NCBI GenBank assembly: GCA_964291625.2
Contig: OZ220089.1
Span: 2,368,001 to 2,432,000 of the forward strand
Length of the DNA stretch: 64,000 bases
Direction: 5' to 3'
Origin: Candidatus Latescibacterota bacterium
GTDB taxonomy: Bacteria > Latescibacterota > UBA2968 > UBA8231
Within the stretch, counting starts at the first letter, position 1. Every line of letters starts with the position of its first letter. Under the pieces are notes generated by a model, which saw nothing but the letters and a program-made list of their open reading frames with translations, had not been told where the DNA came from and searched no databases. A program made the translations under genes and the position numbers. Of this stretch, positions 53,701-62,956 are shown piece by piece.

Positions 53701-56397
53701 ATGACACGCTCCCATCTCCACCGGATCGACTCCAGCGGATGGTCCCGCCGCCGTCCCCGCTGCCAGGGGCCGCCGACGCGGCGGCGGCCTTCGAACCGCC
53801 GGACCCGCCGCCCTCCGGGAGCGGCCGGTGTGGTCGTCACCGCGGCGGTGGCCGCCGCCGCGCTCCTCGCCGCCGCTCCCGCGGCCGCCCAGGTGCGGAT
53901 CCAGGAGGTCCTCTACGACGGCGCCGGCTCCGACGTCGTCGATGTCTTCACCGAGTTGTCCGGCCCGCCCGGCACGTCGCTGGACGGCTGGTCCCTCGTC
54001 GGGGTCAACGGCGGCGACGGGGAACCGTACCGCACCGTCGATCTCAGCGGCGCCGCCATACCCGCCGACGGCATCCTGGTCGTGGCCGCCAGCAAGGCCA
54101 ACCCCGGGCTGGCCGCGATCCGGGATCTCACCGGCTCCGTGGACTGGCAGAACGGTCCGGACGCGGTGCAGCTGCGCGACTCCAACGACCAGATCGTGGA
54201 CGCCCTGCAGTTCGGCGACGCCGGTGCCTTCAACGCCGGGGAGGGCACCCCCGCGCCCCTGACCCCGGCCGGCCACAGCCTGTCCCGGGACGTGGCCGGC
54301 ACCGACACCGGCGACAACGCCGCCGACTTCTCCATTCTCCAGGTGCCCACCCCCGGAACCGCGGCGACGGAGGGCTTCACCATCTCCCTGCCCGACACCA
54401 CCGCCGGCGGGGGCGACACCCTGGCCGTACCCGTGCGCTTCACCGACTCCAGCGCCGGCGACGTGCTGGCGGCCGAGCTGTTCGTGGCCTACGACGGCGG
54501 CCTGCTCTCTCCGCTCGGGGTGAAGCCGGCGGGGCTCTTCGACGCCCGGCAGTGGCAGCTGGCCAGCAACACCCTGGAGGGAGACGGCGCCGACGCCGAC
54601 ACCCTGCGCATCGCCATGGCCACCGACACCAACCCCCTCTCGGGCGACGGCACCCTCGTGCGGGCGCGCTTCGTGGTCGCCGACCTGCGCCGCCCCGCGG
54701 CCACGGGACTCACCATCGAGCACCTCTCCCTCAACGACGGCAGCCTGCCCGCCGGGGGCCGCGACGGCGCCGTGACCCTCCTGGGCTCCGACGCGAGCCT
54801 GGTCCACACCCCCGCCCGGGTGGTGATGCACGACTCCCTGAGCATCGCCGTCACCGATCCCGATGTGGACCGGGATCCGCAGAAGCCGGACACCCTGGCG
54901 ATCTACCTCCGTCAGAGAACCTCCAGGAGTGCCGTCGGCAAGCCGGACACCCTCGCGGCTGTCGAGACCGGGATCTCCTCGGGGATCTTCGCCAGCCGCC
55001 TGGCCGTCCTCCACCAGGGCGGGGCCGCGAAAGGGGAGACCGTCTCCGCCGATGCGGTCCGGACCTGGCCCGGCCGCCGGCTCCAGCTCTGCTTCGACGA
55101 CTCCCTCGACGCGGGCGGCGCAACGACCCGGCGCTGCACGGTGCTGGCCGTGCCCGCCCACGACGCCCGGCTGGACGCCACCGTCGTCGCCGAGCCGGGC
55201 GACACCCTGTGGATGCGCCTGATCGACGCCGACGCCAACGAGCGGCCGAAGGCCGTCGACACGGCCTCCATCAGACTCATCAACGGAGAGGACACGCGTA
55301 CCGTGTCCCTCGAGGAGACCGGCCTGAGCGACAGCGTGTTCTTCGGCCACCTCGTGACCGGCGACCGTCTGTCGGTGGCCGGCGGCGACACCCTGCGTCC
55401 GACCTACCGGGACCTGCACAACACCGGCGGCACGGAGAGACTGGTCTCCGACACCACTCACGTCCTCGGCCTCTTCGGCGACGCCGACGCCAACGCCCGG
55501 CTGCAGGCCTACGACGCCTCCCGGATCCTCAACCACGTGCTGGGGCCCCTGCTGACCGAGCGCGACTCCCTCGCCGCCAACGTCGACTCCCTCGCTCCCT
55601 TCGGCGCCATCACCCCCTACGACGCAGCCCTCGTGCTGCAACAGCGAGTCGGCCTGCTGGGGCGGTTTCCCGTCCAGGAACCGGTGGCCGTCAACCATCC
55701 CCCGTCCACCCCGGACCCCCCCGCCGAATCCAGCTCGGAAGCCGGGCGGCCCCTGGCGGCGACTCGCCGCCTGGAGCTGCGGGACCGGGGCGACCACCTC
55801 GCCCTGTGGCTGGACGAGCGCTCCGGGATCGTCGCCGGGGACGTGCTGCTCCAGTGGCCGGAGGGGCTGGAGACGCGCTTCGAGCCGGCCCCCGACCTGC
55901 AGGGTTTCCTGCTCGCCTCGGCCCCGGCGGCGGGGGATTCCCACGGTCTGCGCGTCGTCCTGGCCGGCGCCACGCCGGCGACCGGTCCCGGCGAGCTCTT
56001 CCGCATCCACGCGCCGGGCGGCGACGGGCTCTCCGGCGGGGCGGTGACGGGTGCCCGCTTCAACGACGGCCGCATCCCGGCGCGGGTAGCCGCACCAGCT
56101 CCGGGCCCGCCCGTGCCCACCAGGTTCGCCCTGCACGCCAACCACCCGAACCCCTTCAACGCCGGCACCGTGATCCCCTTCGAGCTGGCCGATGCGGGAC
56201 AGGTCCGGCTGTCGGTGGTCAACCTGGTGGGCCAGGAGGTGCGCAAGCTGGTGCGGGAGAGCCGGCGGGCGGGCGCCCACCGGGTCCGCTGGGACGGACG
56301 CGACGAGGGGGGCCGGGCGGCGGCGACCGGGGTCTACCTCGTGCGGCTGCAGGCCGGGGACCGGGAGCGCACGCGGCGGATGCTGTTGCTGCGGTAG
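53701..56397 (+). CDS. Secreted multidomain protein: lamin-tail-like, cohesin-like, dockerin-like and FlgD-Ig/T9SS-like C-terminal domains
   Basis: AxA signal then IQEVLYD...FTEL...QNGPDAVQL; GDADAN..AYDA../ANVD..ITPYDA duplicated motif; NHPNPFN...WDGRD...ATGVY...MLLLR tail. Confidence 0.8.
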   Translation: MTRSHLHRIDSSGWSRRRPRCQGPPTRRRPSNRRTRRPPGAAGVVVTAAVAAAALLAAAPAAAQVRIQEVLYDGAGSDVVDVFTELSGPPGTSLDGWSLVGVNGGDGEPYRTVDLSGAAIPADGILVVAASKANPGLAAIRDLTGSVDWQNGPDAVQLRDSNDQIVDALQFGDAGAFNAGEGTPAPLTPAGHSLSRDVAGTDTGDNAADFSILQVPTPGTAATEGFTISLPDTTAGGGDTLAVPVRFTDSSAGDVLAAELFVAYDGGLLSPLGVKPAGLFDARQWQLASNTLEGDGADADTLRIAMATDTNPLSGDGTLVRARFVVADLRRPAATGLTIEHLSLNDGSLPAGGRDGAVTLLGSDASLVHTPARVVMHDSLSIAVTDPDVDRDPQKPDTLAIYLRQRTSRSAVGKPDTLAAVETGISSGIFASRLAVLHQGGAAKGETVSADAVRTWPGRRLQLCFDDSLDAGGATTRRCTVLAVPAHDARLDATVVAEPGDTLWMRLIDADANERPKAVDTASIRLINGEDTRTVSLEETGLSDSVFFGHLVTGDRLSVAGGDTLRPTYRDLHNTGGTERLVSDTTHVLGLFGDADANARLQAYDASRILNHVLGPLLTERDSLAANVDSLAPFGAITPYDAALVLQQRVGLLGRFPVQEPVAVNHPPSTPDPPAESSSEAGRPLAATRRLELRDRGDHLALWLDERSGIVAGDVLLQWPEGLETRFEPAPDLQGFLLASAPAAGDSHGLRVVLAGATPATGPGELFRIHAPGGDGLSGGAVTGARFNDGRIPARVAAPAPGPPVPTRFALHANHPNPFNAGTVIPFELADAGQVRLSVVNLVGQEVRKLVRESRRAGAHRVRWDGRDEGGRAAATGVYLVRLQAGDRERTRRMLLLR

Positions 56398-56421
56398 TGC
56401 CGCGCCCGGGTACCCAGGCCC

Positions 56422-57195
56422 TCAGCCCTTGGGCACCACCAGGGCGCGGTCGCCGTACGGGATCGAGTCCATGCCGGTGTCGTAGATGCGCTCGAGAAAG
56501 TCCCGGTCCCAGGGCCGCTCGGCTGCCGGCAGACGCTCCACCGCGCCGTCCTTCAGAAAGATGAAGTGGTCGCCGTAGAGGAAGGCGCTGTTGGGGTCGT
56601 GGAGGACGGCGAGGACGGTGAGGTCGGCGTCCACCAGCTCGCGGATCAGGCGCAGGAGGTGGGCCGAGTTGAGGAAGTCGAGGTGGGAGGTCGGCTCGTC
56701 GAGGAGGATGAGGCGGGGCTGCTGCGCCAGGACCCGGGCGATGCGCACCATCTGCTGCTCGCCCCCCGACAGCTCGGTGTAGGGGCGCTCCCTCAGGTGC
56801 AGGATGCCGACCCGCCGCAGGGCGTCGACGGCGATCTCCAGGTCCTCCTTCTTGGGCGCGTAGCTCACGTAGCTGGCGCGCCCGGTGAGCACCACGTCCT
56901 CCACGGCGAAGGGGAAGACCGCGCGGTGGTGCTGCGGCAGGTAGCCGAGGACCTTGGCCCGCCCCCGGGTGGAGAAGGAGAGCAGCTCCTCGCCCATGAT
57001 GCGCACCTCGCCGCGCTCGAACTCCAGCATGCCGCCGAGGATGCGCATGAGGGTCGACTTGCCGCTGCCGTTCTTGCCCAGCAGGACCGTGAACTGCCCC
57101 TGCGGGATCTCCAGGGAGATGTCGTCGAGGATCGGCCTCCCCTCGTAGGCGAAGGAGAGTCCGTCGACCTGGATCGCGGGCCCTAGTTCTCCCAT
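56422..57195 (-). CDS. Iron-siderophore/cobalamin ABC transporter ATP-binding protein
   Basis: GKNGSGKST, LSGGEQQ and LLDEPTSHLD motifs. Confidence 0.92.
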   Translation of the reverse strand: MGELGPAIQVDGLSFAYEGRPILDDISLEIPQGQFTVLLGKNGSGKSTLMRILGGMLEFERGEVRIMGEELLSFSTRGRAKVLGYLPQHHRAVFPFAVEDVVLTGRASYVSYAPKKEDLEIAVDALRRVGILHLRERPYTELSGGEQQMVRIARVLAQQPRLILLDEPTSHLDFLNSAHLLRLIRELVDADLTVLAVLHDPNSAFLYGDHFIFLKDGAVERLPAAERPWDRDFLERIYDTGMDSIPYGDRALVVPKG

Positions 57196-58184
57196 CCGAT
57201 CCGCGCCTTCTTGAGGAGGAAGATGAAGAACGGCCCGCCGAGGAGGGTGGTGAAGACCCCCACGGGGATCTCGAAGGCGGCCAGTGTCCGCGAGCAGGTG
57301 TCGACCAGCAGCAGGAAGGCCCCGCCGAAGGCGAAGGAGGCCGGCAGGGTGTGGCGGTTGTCCGGCCCCAGCAGCATGCGCACCATGTGCGGGACCGCCA
57401 GCCCGATCATGCCGATGACGCCGGCCACGGCGATCGCCGCCGACGCGGCCAGGGTCGCCGGAATGAGCACCAGGACCCGCTCGCGCTCCGGGTTGAGACC
57501 CACGGCCCGGGCCTCTTCGTCGCCCTGGGCGAGCACGTTCATGCGCCAGCGGAACAGGAACAGCCAGACCACCCCGACCCCCACGCCCGGGGCCGCCGAG
57601 CGCAGCTTGGACCAGCTCGAGTTGTGCAGGTTGCCCATGGTCCAGTGGACGATCGTCTGCAGCTTGTAGGGGTCGGTGAGGAACTGCACGATCGTCAGCA
57701 GGGCGGTGAAGATGCCGGTGACGATCACCCCCGAGAGGATGAGGGAGACGACCGACACGGTCTTGCGGGTGCGGGCCAGGAAGTAGGCGAGGCCGACGGC
57801 GAGGAGGGCGAAGGCGAAAGCCGACGGCTGCACCGGCAGCAACGGCAGGGTCAGGGCCAGGGCGGCGCCGAAGGCGGCCCCCGAGGAGAGGCCGAGGATG
57901 TAGGGGGCCACGAGGGGGTTGCGGAACAGCGCCTGCAGGGCGTTGCCGGCCGCGGCCAGGGACCCTCCCACGAGGAAGGTGAGGAGGATGCGCGGCATCC
58001 GCACCTCCCAGACGATGGTGCCCACCAGCGACTCCTCGCCGCCGGCCTCGCCGAAGACCAGGCCCCAGAGCCAGGCGAGGATCTTCCCCGCCTCGGCGCT
58101 CGCCGAGGGGCCCAGGAGCAGGGACCCGAAGAGGACGGGCAGGGGGAAGAAGTAGATGATGCGGCGCCGCAGGGTGACGTTCAC
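57183..58184 (-). CDS. FecCD/BtuC-family ABC permease
   Basis: RMPRI, QALFRNPL..P.ILG, GDEEARAVG and EIPVGVFT..GGPFF motifs; GTG start 58184. Confidence 0.92.
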   Translation of the reverse strand: MNVTLRRRIIYFFPLPVLFGSLLLGPSASAEAGKILAWLWGLVFGEAGGEESLVGTIVWEVRMPRILLTFLVGGSLAAAGNALQALFRNPLVAPYILGLSSGAAFGAALALTLPLLPVQPSAFAFALLAVGLAYFLARTRKTVSVVSLILSGVIVTGIFTALLTIVQFLTDPYKLQTIVHWTMGNLHNSSWSKLRSAAPGVGVGVVWLFLFRWRMNVLAQGDEEARAVGLNPERERVLVLIPATLAASAAIAVAGVIGMIGLAVPHMVRMLLGPDNRHTLPASFAFGGAFLLLVDTCSRTLAAFEIPVGVFTTLLGGPFFIFLLKKARIGWEN

Positions 58185-58353
58185 GGGCCGCCTTCCGGTG
58201 AGTACATTCCTACCTGAGAACCGTAATGCGGTGGGATCACGGAGGCCCAAGAATAACGCCGTCAGTCTCTCCGGGCGACCCCATGCAAGAAGCGCAGCAC
58301 GAGCCGGCACTGCTCAGTCCAGCACCATCTAGTGCAGAGAAGGAATCAATCCC

Positions 58354-59904
58354 ATGATTGAGAAACGACTCAGGGACCTCTGGGAGCAGTTGCAGGGCAA
58401 GAAACCCCACTTCCCGCACTTCCTCGCAGAGATCCACCTGGCGGGCCTTAGAGGTATCAATGGCCTACGAGTAGTGTTCGACTACCCGGTTAGTGTCATC
58501 GCCGGGGGCAACGCCAGCGGGAAGTCGACCGTGCTTTTCGCGGCCGCCTGCGCCTACAAGGTGCCAGGTGCGGGAGTCAAGGACTTCGTACCCTCCACGC
58601 TCTTTCCCGACTATCGCCCCAAGCTCGGGGGACGCGCGGACGAGAAAAGCGAAGTCCTCATCGACTTCGACTTTTCGACTCCCGACGGCCGGAGCTCAAT
58701 GCGGTGGAGGCGGTCCAAAGGATGGAATCGCAGTTTCCTCGGCCGCAAGAACGCCAGCCAGCCCGAGCGGCCGGTCTATCTCAGGACGCTCAGCAATCTC
58801 AGCAATCCGTCCGAGGTGCGAGGCGTTCTAAGCATGTCGCGCCTGAGTTCCGCGCCGCAGGAAACTCCCTTGTCCGCCTCCCAAATCGAACTCGCCCAGC
58901 AAATCCTGCCCTTCACGTACTCAGAGGTCGTCACCTTGTCCAGCGGCAGCAAGAACCTCCTCTTCGCCGCCCAAGAGAGCGGCGCAGAGTACTCTGAACT
59001 GCACATGGCCGCCGGCGAACGGGCAATCTTCCGCTTGTCGCAGGAGATCGCTCAGTTGAAACGTGCGCTGATCCTCATCGATGAAGTGGAAGCAGGGCTA
59101 CATCCTTGGGTGCAGCAGCTTCTCATGCTACAGCTACAACAGCTCGCCCTTCGCAACGACCTTCAGGTCATTGTCACCACTCATAGCGCAACGGTTCTCG
59201 ATTCGGTGCCACCCCACGGCCGCATCTTCCTGGAGCGCGAGGAAACAGGTCGGGTTGCGGTGCGCCCAGCCTATCGGGATGTGGTTCAAGATGCGCTCTA
59301 TGGCCGCTCAGGCGATGCCCTCAATCTCCTTTGCGAGGACGAGGCGGCAGAAGGCATTCTGCAGGGCGTGTTCGATGTCCTCCTGCCCCGGCAGAGAATC
59401 AAGCGAGAGTCGGTGCGCGTAGGCCGGAACACAGGGGTTGACGAATTTCCCGCCCACGCCACTGCTTTCAGGAAATTCGGCCAGATACAGAACTTCGCTT
59501 TCATACTCGACGGGGACGGGCGGGACAGTGACATGGAACGGAAAATCCAGGAGAAAGCGGGAAGCGACGTTCCGGTCTTTTATCTTCCCGGCCGCGCTGC
59601 ACCTGAACTCTGGGTGTGGGATGGGCTGCGCGAGAACCTCGGGGACGCGGCCAAGGAAATCGGTATCGAGATGGGCGATCTGTCTGGACGGATGAACCGG
59701 CTTGATTCAGTGTACGATTCAGCCTCTGATTCTCCGGCACAGATCGCCAAGACAAAGCTCCACGGTCTCGCCGAACCTCTGAATTGGAATCCACAGGACA
59801 TTTGTAGAGTCCTCGCCCGGTTGGAAACCAACCGACAGGAGAGTGCCATCCAGCCCCTTGTGGAAGGACTGGAGAGCACTCTGCTGCAATGGCGAGCAAG
59901 CTGA
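58354..59904 (+). CDS. ABC-family (AAA_21-like) ATPase with C-terminal TOPRIM-like domain (OLD-family-like nuclease)
   Basis: GGNASGKST, MAAGE signature, LIDEVEAGLHP, TTHS; TOPRIM-like LCEDEAAE...ILDGD; AT-richer than flanks. Confidence 0.75.
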   Translation: MIEKRLRDLWEQLQGKKPHFPHFLAEIHLAGLRGINGLRVVFDYPVSVIAGGNASGKSTVLFAAACAYKVPGAGVKDFVPSTLFPDYRPKLGGRADEKSEVLIDFDFSTPDGRSSMRWRRSKGWNRSFLGRKNASQPERPVYLRTLSNLSNPSEVRGVLSMSRLSSAPQETPLSASQIELAQQILPFTYSEVVTLSSGSKNLLFAAQESGAEYSELHMAAGERAIFRLSQEIAQLKRALILIDEVEAGLHPWVQQLLMLQLQQLALRNDLQVIVTTHSATVLDSVPPHGRIFLEREETGRVAVRPAYRDVVQDALYGRSGDALNLLCEDEAAEGILQGVFDVLLPRQRIKRESVRVGRNTGVDEFPAHATAFRKFGQIQNFAFILDGDGRDSDMERKIQEKAGSDVPVFYLPGRAAPELWVWDGLRENLGDAAKEIGIEMGDLSGRMNRLDSVYDSASDSPAQIAKTKLHGLAEPLNWNPQDICRVLARLETNRQESAIQPLVEGLESTLLQWRAS

Positions 59905-59922
59905 ACAGGCTGGTTCGGGCCC

Positions 59923-61425
59923 TCAGGCAATCCCCAACTCTGCCAGGCGGTCCGGCTCGCCCAGGTAGTAGCCGGCCTCCGCCAGGGCCCGCTGCAGGGA
60001 GCGGATGTCCACCTCGCGCGGCGCAACGCCGGCGGCGGCGGCCTCGGCCGCGGCCATGCCGGCCACGCCCCCGGTGACCTTGGCGATCCAGCGCCAGCGC
60101 AGGCTGGCGGTGCGCTCCCGGCCGATCGACCGGCCGGCGGCCAGCAGGCCCTCCACCCCCCGGGGCAGGAACTGCCTCAGGGGCATGTCGAAGTAGTGGC
60201 CCTCCTCGCGGTTCTTCAGATCGATCAGCCGCCGCTTGCTCCCCCCGCGCCGGGCCTCGTCGTCGTACTTGTAGAGGGTGGTGAGCACGTGGACCACGTC
60301 GTCGAACCGGCGCTCGTCGACGATGTCCCTCTCGGTCAGGGTGTAGTCGGGGACGATGGTGCGGCTCCAGCGGTTGCCCATGTAGGGCGCCGTCTGGCTC
60401 ACCCGGGCGTCGCCGAAGCCGGGCACGTGGCGGCTGTAGAAGTCGATCGTGTCGTAGGCGTGCTGGCGGGCGGCCGCCTCGATGGTGGAGCGGTCCAGGG
60501 CGTTGAGGACCGACAGCTTGCCCGGCGGCCAGCGCACCTCGACGGTGGTCACGTCCTGGTCGTGGGTCCCGAAGGGGATCTTGTAGGCGTAGGCCCCGCC
60601 CGGTACCGGCGCCACGTACCGGAAGGCACCCGACTCCCAGTCCGCCATGATGAAGGGCAGCAGCTCCCGGGGGTAGTTCTTCCAGACCATCTGCATCGCC
60701 TCGACCAGGACCTCGTCGACCCAGCGCTGCTCGCCGGCGGACAGGGGCCTGTCCCGCTCGCGGGCCCGGAACGCCTCGTACTCCTCCCAGTCCACGCCCT
60801 CGACGCGGAAGAACAGCCCCATGCCGGACTCGTCGCTGGCGTGGCGCTCGTCGGTCTCGGCGCCGGCGGCGGCGGCCACGTCGGCCTCCCCCGTGGTGTC
60901 GACCACGACCCGGGCGAGCACCGCACGCCGGCCCTCGGGGGTCTCCACGAAGACGCCGCGGACGGTGCCGTCCTCGACGATCGCCCCCGCCACCGTGGTG
61001 GACAGCAGCAGGGCGACGCCCCGCTCCCGCAGGCGCTGCAGGGCCAGCCGCTGGAACTCGTTGCGGTCGATCACCGGGATCGGCGCCATGCCGTTCCAGC
61101 GCCAGGGCACGTTGTCGCCGCCGCTGATGAAGTCGAAGGTGCGGATGCCGCCGCGGCGGTCCAGCTCGGCCAGGAAGTCGCCCACCTGGCCGCCCAGGCC
61201 GCGGTCGTGAAGCCTCGGGCTCTGCCAGAGGTCGTGGCGTGACCCCAGGCCCGGGCCGTAGTTGCCGCCCACGGCGGAGTACTCGTCGACCAGGGTCGTG
61301 CGGGCCCCGTGGGCGGCGGATTCCAGGGCCGCGTAGAGTCCGGCGATCCCGGCTCCCGCCACCAGTACCTCGGTCTCGTGAAGAACCGGCACCTCCCGCG
61401 CCGGCTCGTGTACCGCTCTGCTCAC
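59923..61425 (-). CDS. FAD-dependent oxidoreductase (FAD_oxidored-like family)
   Basis: GGGAGG RBS and GTG; VLVAGAGIAG, DTTGEADVA..AG and LLAAGRSI motifs. Confidence 0.85.
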   Translation of the reverse strand: MSRAVHEPAREVPVLHETEVLVAGAGIAGLYAALESAAHGARTTLVDEYSAVGGNYGPGLGSRHDLWQSPRLHDRGLGGQVGDFLAELDRRGGIRTFDFISGGDNVPWRWNGMAPIPVIDRNEFQRLALQRLRERGVALLLSTTVAGAIVEDGTVRGVFVETPEGRRAVLARVVVDTTGEADVAAAAGAETDERHASDESGMGLFFRVEGVDWEEYEAFRARERDRPLSAGEQRWVDEVLVEAMQMVWKNYPRELLPFIMADWESGAFRYVAPVPGGAYAYKIPFGTHDQDVTTVEVRWPPGKLSVLNALDRSTIEAAARQHAYDTIDFYSRHVPGFGDARVSQTAPYMGNRWSRTIVPDYTLTERDIVDERRFDDVVHVLTTLYKYDDEARRGGSKRRLIDLKNREEGHYFDMPLRQFLPRGVEGLLAAGRSIGRERTASLRWRWIAKVTGGVAGMAAAEAAAAGVAPREVDIRSLQRALAEAGYYLGEPDRLAELGIA

Positions 61426-61566
61426 TCCGACCTCCCTTTCGACCGGCGGCGTCCCTGCCGCGGGCGGGGGTAACAAAGGCGATCGCCGGACCGACGGCGA
61501 GAGCGGGGCCGCCAGGTTGCCCGCCTCTCCGCCGCCGATAGATTGGCGGCAAGGAGGATCTCGCGA

Positions 61567-62934
61567 ATGCCGATGCCGACGGGCTGGCCCGACCCCCACC
61601 TGCACCTCTTCCTGGGCGACGAGGAGATCGACTCCCTCGCCGGGGTGACGCGGCTGATCAACCCGATGCGCCGCGAGTCGCTCGAGCCGGTGCTGCGCCC
61701 CGACCAGCCCTGGGAGATGGGACAGATCGTGCCCCGCCGCGTCCTCCACGACCCGGCGGACGGGCTCTACAAGTGCTGGTACCTGGGGGCGACCACCAAC
61801 GAGCCCTCGCCCTGCCGCTACGGGACCGGCTACGCCACCTCCCCCGACGGCATCGCCTGGGAGAAGCCCGCCCTCGACGTGATGCGCGACGGGGACGGGT
61901 CGCCCACCAACATCGTCGACCTGCCGCGGGACTCGAACGCGCGGCTGCTCTTCCCCTGGCTCGACGCGCCGGGCGCCGCCCCCGGCGAGCGCTTTGTCGC
62001 CACCCTCTATCAGAGCGGGAACTTGCGGCGCCGGGGCATCTACCGGGCCGCCTCCCCGGACGGGATCCACTGGTCCGTAGGCGAGGAGCCGGTGATCCGC
62101 GCCGGCGACCGCTACTCCATCTCCCGCGATCCGGTGCGCGAGATGTGGATGCTTACAACCCGCAGGGCCACCGCCGCCGGGGTCCTGCGCCAGCGGGAGG
62201 TCTCCCTCTGGGAGAGCGAGGACCTGGATACCTGGTCCTTCCAGGGGCACCTGCTGAGGGCCGACGAGCACGACCGCCCCGGCACCGAGTTCTACAGCAT
62301 GTTCCCCCTGCGCTACGGTCCCGGGATGATCGGCTTCCTGGAGGTCTACCACCGCGCCGTGGAGCGCCTGGACACGCAGCTCTGCTGGAGCCGCGACGGC
62401 CGCCGCTGGCAGCGCGTGGGACACCGCGACCCGGTGCTCCCCCGCGGCGGCGAGGGCAGCTGGGACTCCCATTGGGTGGTCCCCACCAACAACGCCCCGG
62501 AGGCCGTGGGCGGCCGCCTGCGCTTCTGGTACTCGGGGGGCGGCACCCACCACGGCTCCAAGGGCGGGCACCAGCGGGCCATGGGGCTGGCCTCGATCCG
62601 GCGGGATGGCTTCGTCTCCATCGAGGGCCGGATGGACCCAGGCTTCCTGCTCACCGCGGCCCTCGACGCCACCGTGCCGCGGCGGCTCACGGTGAACCTG
62701 AACGCCGGCACCGGCGACGCCGGCGTCGAGGTCCTGCGCCCCGACGGCGGGGCGATCGACGGATACGGCGCCGAGGAGGGACGGCTCTCGGGACGGGACG
62801 GGACCGCCCTGACCCCGGGCTGGGCCGCCGGCGGCGTCGTCCCGCCCCAGGCCGGGGGGCGCGTGCACCTGAAGTTCACCCTCCGCAACGCCAGCCTCTA
62901 CTCCTACCGCTGGGCGCCCGCGGGGGAGGAATGA
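61567..62934 (+). CDS. Five-bladed beta-propeller glycoside-hydrolase-like protein (GH32/43/130-like)
   Basis: AGGAGG RBS; YATSPDGIAWEKP, SPDGIHW, WSRDGRRW and GLASIRRDGF motifs. Confidence 0.7.
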   Translation: MPMPTGWPDPHLHLFLGDEEIDSLAGVTRLINPMRRESLEPVLRPDQPWEMGQIVPRRVLHDPADGLYKCWYLGATTNEPSPCRYGTGYATSPDGIAWEKPALDVMRDGDGSPTNIVDLPRDSNARLLFPWLDAPGAAPGERFVATLYQSGNLRRRGIYRAASPDGIHWSVGEEPVIRAGDRYSISRDPVREMWMLTTRRATAAGVLRQREVSLWESEDLDTWSFQGHLLRADEHDRPGTEFYSMFPLRYGPGMIGFLEVYHRAVERLDTQLCWSRDGRRWQRVGHRDPVLPRGGEGSWDSHWVVPTNNAPEAVGGRLRFWYSGGGTHHGSKGGHQRAMGLASIRRDGFVSIEGRMDPGFLLTAALDATVPRRLTVNLNAGTGDAGVEVLRPDGGAIDGYGAEEGRLSGRDGTALTPGWAAGGVVPPQAGGRVHLKFTLRNASLYSYRWAPAGEE

Positions 62935-62956
62935 CGCCATCCACGGGAGGACAGCG

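Noticed and set aside
40341-56564. Many long alternative ORFs (e.g. 40341..42917, 42874..44976, 53490..56564, 53656..56280)
   Set aside because: Stop-poor shadow frames expected in high-GC DNA; low-complexity translations overlapping motif-bearing genes.
58354-59904. Gabija or retron assignment
   Set aside because: No adjacent UvrD-like GajB, reverse transcriptase or msr-msd-like inverted repeats.
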